From: a virus
IMG/VR virus record: IMGVR_UViG_3300022220_000003
Location: 1 to 64,000 of that record
Length of the DNA stretch: 64,000 bases
Reading direction: 5' to 3' (one strand)
Positions 21,027 through 30,058 of this stretch are shown here, piece by piece. The position numbers were made by a program, and so were the translations under genes. The number at the start of each line of letters is the position of its first letter. The stretch's first letter is position 1. The notes beneath the pieces were generated by a model. It was not told where the DNA came from. It did no database searches and saw only the letters and a program-made list of their open reading frames with translations.

Positions 21027-21273
21027 AAGGCCAACATCGGCCGAGGATTTTTTGGCGGAGGCCGAGGCCCCGGTGGTGGAGCTCTCGGCGGTGCGCATGC
21101 CGTGGGCCGAGCTCGACCCAAACGAGCGAGGCCACAATGTGTTTAACCTCAGGCTAAACGACCATGACCTCGCGATACTCCGCCACCTCGCCAGCGAAAA
21201 CGAGGACCTCAGTATGCAAAAGGTCGCCAAACGGATCCTTGTGCCAGAGCTGCGGCGGCGGGTAGGGTTATAG
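21013..21273 (+). CDS. Ribbon-helix-helix centromere-binding partner (ParG-like)
   Basis: AGGAGG RBS, overlaps the end of parA; FNLRLNDHDLAILRHLA RHH-like motif. Confidence 0.65.
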   Translation: MAYSRRPTSAEDFLAEAEAPVVELSAVRMPWAELDPNERGHNVFNLRLNDHDLAILRHLASENEDLSMQKVAKRILVPELRRRVGL

Positions 21274-21427
21274 ACGGGCACCCCCGCGGATCTCCGAAGG
21301 ATACGCATGGGACCGGACATGGCCGGTCCGCGGTGGGTGCCTTTTGTTTTGTTGTTGGGGCGGTGCGTGGGGGAAGGGAGGCCCCACGCACCTTACTACG
21401 AACGCAGAACTTGGACAGGTCAATTGT

Positions 21428-21775
21428 ATGCCAAAGGTCACGAGCGAGCAATGGGAGGCCATGGGCCGGGAGCTCTACGGCGAGGACAAACAAAACTGGC
21501 AGTTTCAATGCCCGATGTGTGGCAACGTGCAGTCAATTGCGATCGCTAAGAAAAGATGGCCCGAGCTCGAGGGGGTGGGGTGGCAGCCGTGGGGCGAATG
21601 TGTGGGTCGATACCTTGAGGAGCCGGGGTGCGATTGGGCGGCGTATGGGCTTTTTCGCGGCCCGGTCATAATTGAGCGGGGCGAGGACTCCAAGCCGATC
21701 GCGGCGTTTGATTTTGATCGGCAGACCTACGAGGCCAAGGAGATCGAGCCGCTCCACAAGGGGGCGGGGTTGTGA
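21428..21775 (+). CDS. VVA0879-like phage protein
   Basis: WQFQCPMCGNVQS...ECVGRY...CDWAAYGLF. Confidence 0.55.
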   Translation: MPKVTSEQWEAMGRELYGEDKQNWQFQCPMCGNVQSIAIAKKRWPELEGVGWQPWGECVGRYLEEPGCDWAAYGLFRGPVIIERGEDSKPIAAFDFDRQTYEAKEIEPLHKGAGL

Positions 21776-22041
21776 GCGGCTCGCGGTGGTGCGTGCGGCT
21801 CGTGGTTGATGGGGTGGCGGCCCGTACGCCGGGTTTCACCCACCGGCGGGTCACCGGGGTTTGGGAGCCGGTGGCCCTCGAGGACATCAAAAAGGGGGAT
21901 ATCTTTCGAGTATATGAGCACGATGGCAGCCCCGATTGTGTGATTGACGGGGTGCACCATACCGCGGTGGCCCTCACCGATGCGGAGTCCTCCGAACCTG
22001 GGGGGTTGCGAGCCATGCCCGTGCGGGGGTTTTCGGCGTGA
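21772..22041 (+). CDS. Hypothetical protein, paralogue of 22300-22590
   Basis: Shared GDIFR...HT..AL.DA pattern. Confidence 0.5.
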   Translation: MSGSRWCVRLVVDGVAARTPGFTHRRVTGVWEPVALEDIKKGDIFRVYEHDGSPDCVIDGVHHTAVALTDAESSEPGGLRAMPVRGFSA

Positions 22042-22299
22042 AAAAATGGATCTTGGCCCTGCTCGAGGGCGTGCGGTTCTATTGCTGCATTGTGCGGCGG
22101 GGGTGGTGGCGGCGGTGGCCGTTCCTCCCCTTGACCACGCGGCGGTTTATCCGGTTTCGACTTGATACGGCCTATGGCATGACCGAGCACGGTTGGCCGC
22201 GGCCCCATTGGACCGAGATCGCGCTAGACGTCAAGCGGTTCCTATTGTGGCGCCGAGCGTTGCGGCTCGAGATCAAACGACGCAAACGAAGGGGGACTT

Positions 22300-22590
22300 A
22301 TGTCTCGGATCTGTGAGCGGCTGATTATCGATGGCGAGGCGCAAGATCCACCACCGAATCACACCCGGGTGACCGGATATTGGGTCAAACACCTTTTTTG
22401 TGAGCTTCAACACGGGGACATATTTAGGTTGTGGGATGCGCCAGGTACCCCTGAGGCAATTACGCCTGTAGGGCAACACACGGTATACATAGCCCTTTGT
22501 GACGCTCACACCGAAGGTAATGATTGGGGCGTGGAAATGACACAAGTGCGGGGTATTGTGCCTAGACGGCGACTAGCCTCGAGCCTCTAA
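22300..22590 (+). CDS. Hypothetical protein, paralogue of 21772-22041
   Basis: Shared GDIFR...HT..AL.DA pattern. Confidence 0.5.
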   Translation: MSRICERLIIDGEAQDPPPNHTRVTGYWVKHLFCELQHGDIFRLWDAPGTPEAITPVGQHTVYIALCDAHTEGNDWGVEMTQVRGIVPRRRLASSL

Positions 22591-23312
22591 AAAGCCCTCC
22601 GCGAGGCTAAAGCCCACCTCGTTTTTAAAAGTTGGGGGGGTAACCGGTCGTGCAGCCCGCACCGGTCGCAATCATGTGATAGGGTGGCCTCGGTGAGCTC
22701 GCGATCGGTGCTCCACATGGTACCAAGGGCAAAACAATCGGGGGATTCACCCGCTCGGATCGTCCCGTCAATGTCAATCGAGGGGGTGCAGAGCTTGCGC
22801 AACGATCGCAAAAACTCGACCCCAAGCACAAACGAGCCATACCAGTGGACGGCCGAGCGGAGGTTGTAGCACGCGGGGCCTATGCGGTTGCTCTCACCTT
22901 GCCACCGGCCGAGGCGGACCAGGGTAGGGATCTTGTAAACGTAGGCGACCTTGAGATCTTCGAGCTCCACCTCGGGGATCCGGCGGGGATAAAACCGGGG
23001 GTCATTGGTGATCTGCCACATGGCGGGAGCGGTGAGGAGCTCGGCGGTGCGGGCGGGGTCATGCAAAAACATTCCGTTAGACAACACCAACACCAACGGG
23101 GACCGATCGCAGGCCTCGGCGATTAGCTCGAGGATCAACGGGTGCTCGGTGGGTTCGCCACCGGAGATCATGACCACCGAATCACCAAGCTCGGTTGAGA
23201 CGTCAAGAGCTCGGCGGTAGGTCTCAAGGGTGATATGGGCGCCTTGGGGGGAGCTGCGGGCCAGGCAATGGCTGCAACTCATGGCGCATTGGGTGGTTAC
23301 CCTAACCAACAT
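22587..23312 (-). CDS. Radical SAM protein with Cys-rich C-terminus
   Basis: CAMSCSHC (CxxxCxxC), SGGEPT and SNG motifs; extra C-terminal cysteines. Confidence 0.85.
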   Translation of the reverse strand: MLVRVTTQCAMSCSHCLARSSPQGAHITLETYRRALDVSTELGDSVVMISGGEPTEHPLILELIAEACDRSPLVLVLSNGMFLHDPARTAELLTAPAMWQITNDPRFYPRRIPEVELEDLKVAYVYKIPTLVRLGRWQGESNRIGPACYNLRSAVHWYGSFVLGVEFLRSLRKLCTPSIDIDGTIRAGESPDCFALGTMWSTDRELTEATLSHDCDRCGLHDRLPPQLLKTRWALASRRAF

Positions 23313-23857
23313 GTACACCCTATAGACATGCCACCACGGTGTACGCAAGGGTTGACGGGATCTAGTTGTTGCGGTAGGGGGTGCGTGAAACTTCACCGAA
23401 TGGGGTTTTGGTGGCCTCGGCGGAGCACCGACGGCAACGCCGGGGCCACTTCCACAACAAAACTTGCTCGCGTTTCGAGAGCTCCCTCGAGGGATGCGGC
23501 CCGGCGGTTGCGGTTGGCTCGGCGGAGGGTACGCAATTGTTTAGGACTGAGGATCTCCTAGCCCTGGCGCTCGAAGCGGCGATCCCGCTACACGTGGCCG
23601 AGCTCGAGCGGCTCCCCGAGGATACCCGGATCCGGATCGCAAGGCTCGCGGGCGAGGTGTTGGCGTGCCACGGGGATGTTTTGCAGTTTCGCAGCCCCGC
23701 CAAACGCAAGCGCAAACCGGGGAGCGAGAGCAAATCAACGGCCGAGGTGTTCAACACCGTGGCCCGAGGTCTCGCCGCGGCTCAGACCCTTGGCCACGAT
23801 ATCGAGCACGTGTTGCGGGAGTTGCGCAAAGGCGCGCGAGCGCCTATATAATAAGGT

Positions 23858-23873
23858 TGCAAGTTACGTGCCT
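23858..23873 (-). promoter_or_regulatory. sigma54-type promoter, class II
   Basis: AGGCACGTAACTTGCA followed by ACCTTATTAT; near-identical copy at 26409-26424. Confidence 0.55.
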
Positions 23874-24388
23874 ACTGAGTAGACAACACTAAGAGGTTAG
23901 AATGCGTGATCAATTCCCAACAGTCAAAGACGTGGCGAAAGCCGACCACGTTACCCTTGCGCGGTGGTCTCGGTTCCTACCGAGCCCGCGAGACTCCGAG
24001 GAGGTGGCGGCGATCAACCTCATGGCGGAGCGATTCGCCGAGCTTGGAGGGATGACCTCCGAGGTCTCAAAAAAGATCGGGTGGAGCGAAAAAGGGGGTT
24101 GACTACTAAGTGGGCATGGTTATAATATAATCAAGAGGAGGCCAACACACAAACAAAGCACGGCAGCTAGGGGGGCGCCCCCGAGGAGAAGGGGGGGATC
24201 TGCGCCTAAAATTGGTCTAACCAATACAAGGGGGCAGCCTTCGGCGGGGTGGGCCGGGGGCGGGAGCTCGCCGCGGGCAAGGTAAAAAGCGGCTCGCCGC
24301 ACCGGTGCCCTAGGCGCTCGAAGGTGCCACCAATAGCGGCGGAGCCACGCGACCATTCTATTGAGCCTCATGGCGGGGCTCTAACCTA

Positions 24389-24982
24389 TCACATGGACGT
24401 ATACAAGCCCGTGGCCTCCTCGATCAGTGGGCGGAGCTGATCCCAATAGATCCCCTTGTGATCGGCGACCTCGGTGATCCGGTAGCCCGGGGCTCGGCCG
24501 ATTTTGAGGATCCGCAGATTGTACAGGTCCGCGCCTTGATCGAGCTCGATCATGATGGTGTTGGCTTTGGCCGAGCCTCGGATCCGAAACTGCAAGCCGT
24601 TGCCGAGGTCCAAGAGGTCCTTGGCCCCGAGCATAAACAAGGCGCCCTTGCCGAGCTGCGCAATGATGGTTTGGGCGATCTGAGGGTCGTTGGTCTTGGT
24701 GGTGATCATGGCGTTGTCCTTACCCGAGCGGGGGCAATTCGAGCTCGGCCTCGAGATTGAATACGTAGTAGGCATGACACGAGACAAGATCCTCAAAGTA
24801 GCAGAACAAAACTTGTGTAGTTTTCGGTTGAGCTCGTTGATCTCGGCCCAAATCTCGGACTTGCGGGGGTTACCAGGGCCACACAAGGGCGTACGGGGTA
24901 GGCGGTCCCACTCTTCAAAAAGCTCCTCGAGCCGGGCGTTGATTTCGTCGCGTGTCATGTCTTTGTCCTTGTTCGTGGTCAT
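24389..24982 (-). CDS. Leaderless ORF from cassette A-left; probably two genes in frame (second start at 24709)
   Basis: ATG abuts the promoter palindrome; internal AAGGA RBS plus ATG at 24709; a 56-bp inverted duplicate lies in the junction. Confidence 0.55.
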   Translation of the reverse strand: MTTNKDKDMTRDEINARLEELFEEWDRLPRTPLCGPGNPRKSEIWAEINELNRKLHKFCSATLRILSRVMPTTYSISRPSSNCPRSGKDNAMITTKTNDPQIAQTIIAQLGKGALFMLGAKDLLDLGNGLQFRIRGSAKANTIMIELDQGADLYNLRILKIGRAPGYRITEVADHKGIYWDQLRPLIEEATGLYTSM

Positions 24983-25332
24983 GCATACTTAGTATGCAAC
25001 ACCGATGCCAGCTTGCCCCCACCGCAAAACCGCGTTAGACTAGGGATCCGAGCGATGGCTCGGGTTTAAATTATGACATCAATGTCATAGCAAACTGGTA
25101 AAAAGCACTTGAACCTAAGCAAACCAAGCACTTACGCTATGACATTGATGTCATATTAAATACATCAAATCACAGGTTTTGCTAACGATTGCAGACGCTT
25201 AGAACTATGACACAAATGTCATAGGTAATCGGTGTTTTTCGGGTTTGACCCCTACAGTTGAGAGCTAACCCCTTGATCTTTGGTTGCGGCGGGGTCTAAA
25301 AACCTGGCATTGGTGTTGCATACTAAGTATGC
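24983..25332. promoter_or_regulatory. Bidirectional sigma54 enhancer cassette A (inverted relative to B-D)
   Basis: Boxes TGGCATCGGTGTTGCA (-, 24995-25010) and TGGCATTGGTGTTGCA (+, 25305-25320); palindromes at 25071, 25137, 25205; IHF-like site 25266-25278. Confidence 0.8.
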
Positions 25333-25359
25333 ATAACCCAAACACGAGAGGCTGAGGCC

Positions 25360-25614
25360 ATGTCACAACAACGTTTCAATCCCTTGCACTTCGGATTCAA
25401 TTGGACCTCGGACGGTTGGTATGATTTTGATCATACCTCGGCCCACAAGGCAGCTCGGGCAGCTCGTGACACCGAGGCCCGCCGCTTGCGCAAGGCTGGC
25501 CACAAGGTTCGTTGTTGGACCACCAGCGGCCAGTTGGTGAGCCAGGGCGGGATCGGCTCAGGCAAGCCCCACATTGAGTTGATCGTTAGCGTTTACGGGT
25601 TGACCGTGAGCTAA
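25360..25614 (+). CDS. Hypothetical early protein
   Basis: First gene after A-right, GAGG RBS. Confidence 0.6.
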   Translation: MSQQRFNPLHFGFNWTSDGWYDFDHTSAHKAARAARDTEARRLRKAGHKVRCWTTSGQLVSQGGIGSGKPHIELIVSVYGLTVS

Positions 25615-25696
25615 GCCACGAGCTCGCCAAGCTCGGCCCCCGAGAGGGGGCCAGGGGCCCGCCTAGTGCGGGCCTTTGGCGTTAGGAGGCCCGATC

Positions 25697-26287
25697 ATGG
25701 CAACAGTTACAATCAACACCGAGGGCGTTCTGATCACCGTATCGAGCCCGTATCACCCAGACTTTCCGGCCCGAGCTCGCAAGCTCGGCGGGAGTTGGGA
25801 CGATGCCCGCAAGCTCTGGTCTTTTGACCCTCGAGACCTCGAGCGGGTGCGGGAGCTCTGCCGGGATATTTTTGGCACCGATGGCACCGAGGGCGAGGGC
25901 GAGCTCGTGACGCTGCGGGTGGTGTTCGCCGAGACTGCGGACACCTACGATCGGACCTGCTACGTGGCCGGGCGCCAAGTGGCCCGATCCTGGGGTCGGG
26001 ATGGCGGGGCGGTGCTTGGCGAGGGCGTGGTGGTGCTCGAGGGTGGGTTTGGGTCCGGTGGCAGCCGCAAGAACCCAACCTTGACCGTGCGAGCCGGTAC
26101 CGTGATCGAGGTGCGAGACGTGCCCGCGGGCGCCAAACGCGAGGCCGATCTCGGTGGCGAGGTGGAGCTCCTCGGCGATGCCACGGCGTCAACCGATTTT
26201 CGGTTGCTCACGGCCGAGCGGGCCCGGTTGCTCGAGAGGCTCGCCGAGGTCGAGGAGGCCCTTGCCCAATGGGCGGGCACCGAGTAG
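25697..26287 (+). CDS. Conserved phage hypothetical protein
   Basis: AGGAGG RBS; SPYHPDF..ARKLGGSWD pattern. Confidence 0.65.
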   Translation: MATVTINTEGVLITVSSPYHPDFPARARKLGGSWDDARKLWSFDPRDLERVRELCRDIFGTDGTEGEGELVTLRVVFAETADTYDRTCYVAGRQVARSWGRDGGAVLGEGVVVLEGGFGSGGSRKNPTLTVRAGTVIEVRDVPAGAKREADLGGEVELLGDATASTDFRLLTAERARLLERLAEVEEALAQWAGTE

Positions 26288-26298
26288 GGTGACCCCAT

Positions 26299-26367
26299 GA
26301 GGCGGGGGCCCGTGGGGGCCGGCGGTTTCGCAACCGCGCCGAGCGGGTTCGAATCCCGCCTGCCTCT
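26299..26367 (+). tRNA. Non-canonical tRNA-like element
   Basis: 7-bp acceptor stem GAGGCGG/CTGCCTC; perfect T arm GCGGG-TTCGAAT-CCCGC; 5-bp D stem; 6-nt anticodon loop; no encoded CCA. Confidence 0.55.
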
Positions 26368-26408
26368 CAACGCGTCGCATTATCCACACAAGACACATAT
26401 AATAAGGT

Positions 26409-26424
26409 TGCAAGTTGCGTGCCT
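26409..26424 (-). promoter_or_regulatory. sigma54-type promoter, class II
   Basis: AGGCACGCAACTTGCA followed by ACCTTATTAT. Confidence 0.55.
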
Positions 26425-26477
26425 ACTAAGTGAACATGTCTATTGACAGTGGACCGGCGGCGGGGTAGGGCGGTGGG

Positions 26478-26657
26478 ATGTCAACCGAGGCCGAGCTCCT
26501 ACAGACGTACAAAAACCTAATCACCGAGATCGCCGAGCTCCAACAGGCGTACCAGATCCTAGGAGTACAGATCGCCGAGGTCACCGATCGGTTTCACGAG
26601 GCCTTGGCCCTCCAACGGGTGGTGCTTGAAAAGAAGGCGGGTGACGACCATGAGTGA
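26478..26657 (+). CDS. Small coiled-coil protein, 59 aa (not in the ORF track)
   Basis: MSTEAELLQTYKNLITEIAELQQ...; follows TTGACA-17-TAGGGC. Confidence 0.5.
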   Translation: MSTEAELLQTYKNLITEIAELQQAYQILGVQIAEVTDRFHEALALQRVVLEKKAGDDHE

Positions 26658-26948
26658 CCACGCGAGCCAACGGATCGCCGAGCTCCGAGACAAGCTAGAC
26701 AAGATCGAGGTGGGCCTCGCGGGGATCCGGGGAGACGTGGCTAGGCTCGAGCGGTCCAAGCGGACACCACCCCGGGCGGTGATGGATCGAATAGCGGATC
26801 TTTGCCTCAGGGTGACGGTGGGAGCTCTCGAGGTGCGCCGAGACGTGGTCAAATCCGATCGTTTCGAGGCCACCTCCAAGGAACAAAAAAAGCGGACCGA
26901 GCCCCACCGCGGCCGGGCCCCGTAGGGCCCGAGCCGCTCGGCGGTGGG

Positions 26949-27383
26949 TCACGCGGCCACCTTGCCAGCACAGACCGGCCCGAGCCCGGACTCGATTGAG
27001 TTGGGATCGGTGAGCTCGCGGCCACAGCGGCCACACTCGCCAGCATGCCAAAACTCGACGCGGTGGGCCTGCTCGGAGGCCTCGGCGAGCTTGGCCAGGT
27101 ACCACGCGAAGGCCTTGGCGCTCGGGGCCTCGGCGGTGACGCGGCTCTTGGCGGTGTGCCTGAGGGTGTGCGGCTTGTCCGGAAAGATGCAACCCATATA
27201 GCTATAGTCGTGTTCATTGTCGGAGCCCGTCAGCACCGAAACGAACCAAGGGGCCGTTGTTTTGTTCCCGCGTGCCTTGGTTACCTGGTAGGTGTACCGG
27301 GTGCCCGTGGCCGTGCTCACCAGGGTGAATTTTGCGCGGCCGGCAAACAAAAACGCTACGATGGCAGTGATAGCAGTGATCAT
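26949..27383 (-). CDS. DUF6011-like zinc-finger protein
   Basis: C-terminal CGRCGRELTDPNSIESGLGPVC. Confidence 0.7.
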   Translation of the reverse strand: MITAITAIVAFLFAGRAKFTLVSTATGTRYTYQVTKARGNKTTAPWFVSVLTGSDNEHDYSYMGCIFPDKPHTLRHTAKSRVTAEAPSAKAFAWYLAKLAEASEQAHRVEFWHAGECGRCGRELTDPNSIESGLGPVCAGKVAA

Positions 27384-27485
27384 GTTGGTGTCCTGTGGGT
27401 TGGGGTTTTTGTTCTCGATCCGGCCACCCTCTCGGCCCGTGTGGTTTGCCCTCGCCGCCCCGTGTGCTGCCTGGCTGCGTTGACT

Positions 27486-27857
27486 GCATACTAAGTATGC
27501 ACGTTGGGTGCCAAGTTTTTGGGGTCGTTTGGGGCGGGCGGGGAGCTCTCGCCACGAGAAAACAAGGGGTTAGACGCGGCCGGCGGCCTTGGTGGAGTGT
27601 GGGCCCAATACCTCTATGACTTAGCTGTCATAGTTGTACTTGGTTGATATTGCTAGAGAAACCGCTGATTTTGCGTATTTACTATGACAGATATGTCATA
27701 GGCTACTTGCTTGTTTTTGTTGAGCAAAGGCCGTTTTGAGTGGTTTGCTATGACTTAGATGTCATAGGTACCGGTTGGGGGTTTGGGGCTCGGGCCCGTT
27801 CTATCGCGGGTTTGCGGGCGGTGCAAGGTTGGCACGGTGGGTGCATACTAAGTATAC
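27486..27857. promoter_or_regulatory. Bidirectional sigma54 enhancer cassette B
   Basis: Boxes TGGCACCCAACGTGCA (-, 27498-27513) and TGGCACGGTGGGTGCA (+, 27830-27845); palindromes at 27614, 27682, 27748; IHF-like site 27560-27572. Confidence 0.8.
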
Positions 27858-27962
27858 AGTTGCGGCGGCCGGGGAGCACACGAGGACGCACCAACAACCG
27901 ACACGGGCCGAGAGCGGGGCCGGATCGAGACGCAAAACCAACCCCAACCCAAGGACACCAAC

Positions 27963-28250
27963 ATGACCAACAACAACACCAACACCGTAGCCCTTCACGT
28001 TGCCACCGAGGCCGAGCTCGATTCTCGGACGGTCGAGACGCGTTGGAGCGACCCAAGGACAGCCCGATGGCTAGGAGCTAGCCAAAAATGGCGGTTTGAG
28101 GGTGGTGACGCGATAGTGGTTTGCGGCCACTATCCCGAGGCGTGGGCCGTGGTTAGAGTCGAAGACCGGATCAAGGTCTGTGACATCAGCCGCGGCGGTG
28201 GTGTGGTCGGAGCGTTTGGTTATTTCGACCTCAGGGCCGAGGTAGCCTAG
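27963..28250 (+). CDS. Hypothetical early protein
   Basis: Follows B-right and the conserved leader; AAGGA RBS. Confidence 0.6.
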   Translation: MTNNNTNTVALHVATEAELDSRTVETRWSDPRTARWLGASQKWRFEGGDAIVVCGHYPEAWAVVRVEDRIKVCDISRGGGVVGAFGYFDLRAEVA

Positions 28251-28314
28251 CCTCAACCACCGCGGAGCTCGGCCCCACTTCGGGGCCGGGCGGCGGCGGG
28301 GCTCGGTCCGGTTT

Positions 28315-28767
28315 TTTGTTGCCCGGTGGGTGTATGCGGGGGTAGGGGGAAGCATGCAATACAGTGATCAAGCAATCGAGCGGGCGGCCAAGGCTGCTCA
28401 CGAGATCCACACCATCTATTGCGCGGCCCTCGGCGATCATTCGCATCTACCTTGGGAGGGCACGCCCACCGAGATCCGTGATTCGGTAAAGGCGGGGGTG
28501 CGAGCAGCTCTCGAGGGATTATCCCCCGAGGTGCTACACCAGCGGTGGGTTGACTACAAATTTGCTCAAGGGTGGACGTGGGGCCCTCGCAAATCCCTCG
28601 AGGATAAGACACACCCCAACCTTGTGCCATGGTCACAGCTCCCGCAATGGGATCAGGCCAAGGACGTCATTTTTGACGCGGTGGTACGGGGTGTGTTTGA
28701 TCACCATTGCTTGATCACTGTATCGCATGCTTCCTCCTACCCCCGCATACACCCACCGGGCAACAAA
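28315..28767. repeat. 62-bp inverted repeat pair (28315-28376 / 28706-28767)
   Basis: 60 of 62 positions match as reverse complement; the arms bracket the RyR-like coding region. Confidence 0.9.
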
Positions 28768-28788
28768 GGAAATTGCGGTGGAGCCTGA
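28354..28788 (+). CDS. RyR-domain-like protein
   Basis: HQRWVDYKFAQGWTWGPRKSLEDKTHPNLVPWSQLP..DQAKD. Confidence 0.75.
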   Translation: MQYSDQAIERAAKAAHEIHTIYCAALGDHSHLPWEGTPTEIRDSVKAGVRAALEGLSPEVLHQRWVDYKFAQGWTWGPRKSLEDKTHPNLVPWSQLPQWDQAKDVIFDAVVRGVFDHHCLITVSHASSYPRIHPPGNKGNCGGA

Positions 28789-29026
28789 CCTGCAAATGGG
28801 CCTAGCAATGCTGATCTCGCGGCTCGAGGCTATCCGCGAGGAGCTCGCGGCCCACACGATCGCCATGCTCACCCGCGACGCCGCACACGAGGGGGTGGTG
28901 GCTCAGGATCTACACAAACGAGTAGCCAACCGCTACCTCGATCACGTCAAACGTGCCACCGAGCTCCACAAGTCCAAACCCTCAACCAAGGCCATACCAC
29001 CGGTGATCCATCGTCGAAAGCCATAG
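28778..29026 (+). CDS. Hypothetical protein, paralogue of 30681-30959
   Basis: Shared PDL...IRE.LA..T.A.L...YL..V pattern. Confidence 0.5.
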   Translation: MEPDLQMGLAMLISRLEAIREELAAHTIAMLTRDAAHEGVVAQDLHKRVANRYLDHVKRATELHKSKPSTKAIPPVIHRRKP

Positions 29027-29235
29027 GGCCCGTTTATGGCGCTGCGGGGTTGGGGTTGGGGTGCATACTAGGGCGACAATCAACGAGGGGCGTTTTGGGG
29101 GCCCTATGGGCCCCTAGGGGGCTCTTGAGCAGCTCACACCCAGAAACGAACCTAACAAACCACCTCGTTTGTGGCTTCAAGGCGGTATGTCGGGGTGCTT
29201 ACTCGGCGCATTGTTTGCTCCTTGTTGCGTGTTAT

Positions 29236-29605
29236 GCATACTTAGTATGCAACACCGATGCTTAGTTTTGAGGTCATGCCGGTATCATACCGGTATAGTA
29301 TCAACCTGATATCAATAGGTTAGAGCCCGGCGGCGAGCTCGGAGGCGTGTAGGCCCAATACCTCTATGACTTAGCTGTCATAGTTGTACTTGCCTGATAT
29401 TGCTTAGGAAACCGCTGATTTTACGTATTTACTATGACATGGCTGTCATAGCGTAAGGGTTTGTTTTTGTTTGTGAACGAGGATATTTGTCGATACGCTA
29501 TGACAACCGAGTCATAGTCCACGGACCACCCGCAGGCTATAACCTTATTTTATCGCGGGTTTGCGGCGGCGGCAAGTTGGCATTGGTGTTGCATACTAAG
29601 TATGC
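29236..29605. promoter_or_regulatory. Bidirectional sigma54 enhancer cassette C (left -24 box mutated)
   Basis: Left AAGCATCGGTGTTGCA (-, 29248-29263); right TGGCATTGGTGTTGCA (+, 29578-29593); palindromes at 29364, 29432, 29498; perfect IHF site TATCAATAGGTTA at 29310-29322. Confidence 0.8.
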
Positions 29606-29707
29606 AGTTAACGCAGTCGAGCAGCACATGGGACGGCGTTGGCAACCGACACGGGCCGAGAGCGGGGCCGGACTGAGACAACCAACCCAAACCCAAAGGA
29701 CACCACC

Positions 29708-30058
29708 ATGTTGACTGCTACCATCACCCGAAAAGCCGAAGTCGCCTACTTGTTCACCCTGTTGGACGGCTGTCGAGCCTCGGATCCTGCGTTGTTTCGG
29801 CGTTTGCGGCGAGCCTATCGAGTACTCAAGGAGATCGACCTCGCTAACAACGCCGTGCTTTGCGAGGTGGAATATGAGAGCGAGGACGTGCCGCAAACCG
29901 TGATTCGGTTTCGGGGCACCTACTTTGCGGCCAACGGAGTCGGGAAGTTTTCAAAGCAGACCGTAATCCATGCGGGCGGCGACCACTTCGCGATCTACCT
30001 CTCGGACCGGCCGGGGCGTTACTGTGGCCTCGAAGGCTACACGCTACCCCTGTACTAG
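29708..30058 (+). CDS. Hypothetical early protein, paralogue of 36763-37134
   Basis: Shared LRR...LKE.D and VEYESEDVP.T. Confidence 0.65.
   Translation: MLTATITRKAEVAYLFTLLDGCRASDPALFRRLRRAYRVLKEIDLANNAVLCEVEYESEDVPQTVIRFRGTYFAANGVGKFSKQTVIHAGGDHFAIYLSDRPGRYCGLEGYTLPLY

Noticed and set aside
24983-24997. N4-type hairpin promoter for a virion RNA polymerase
   Set aside because: No RNA polymerase gene in the window, and the GG-N10-GC box with IHF sites explains the layout better; not fully excluded for the rest of the genome.
26299-26367. tRNA-Sec or UGA suppressor serving the TGA at 60646
   Set aside because: No TCA anticodon and no long variable arm.
28315-28767. IS or MITE
   Set aside because: No transposase and no target-site duplication; the arms copy the gene's own start region.
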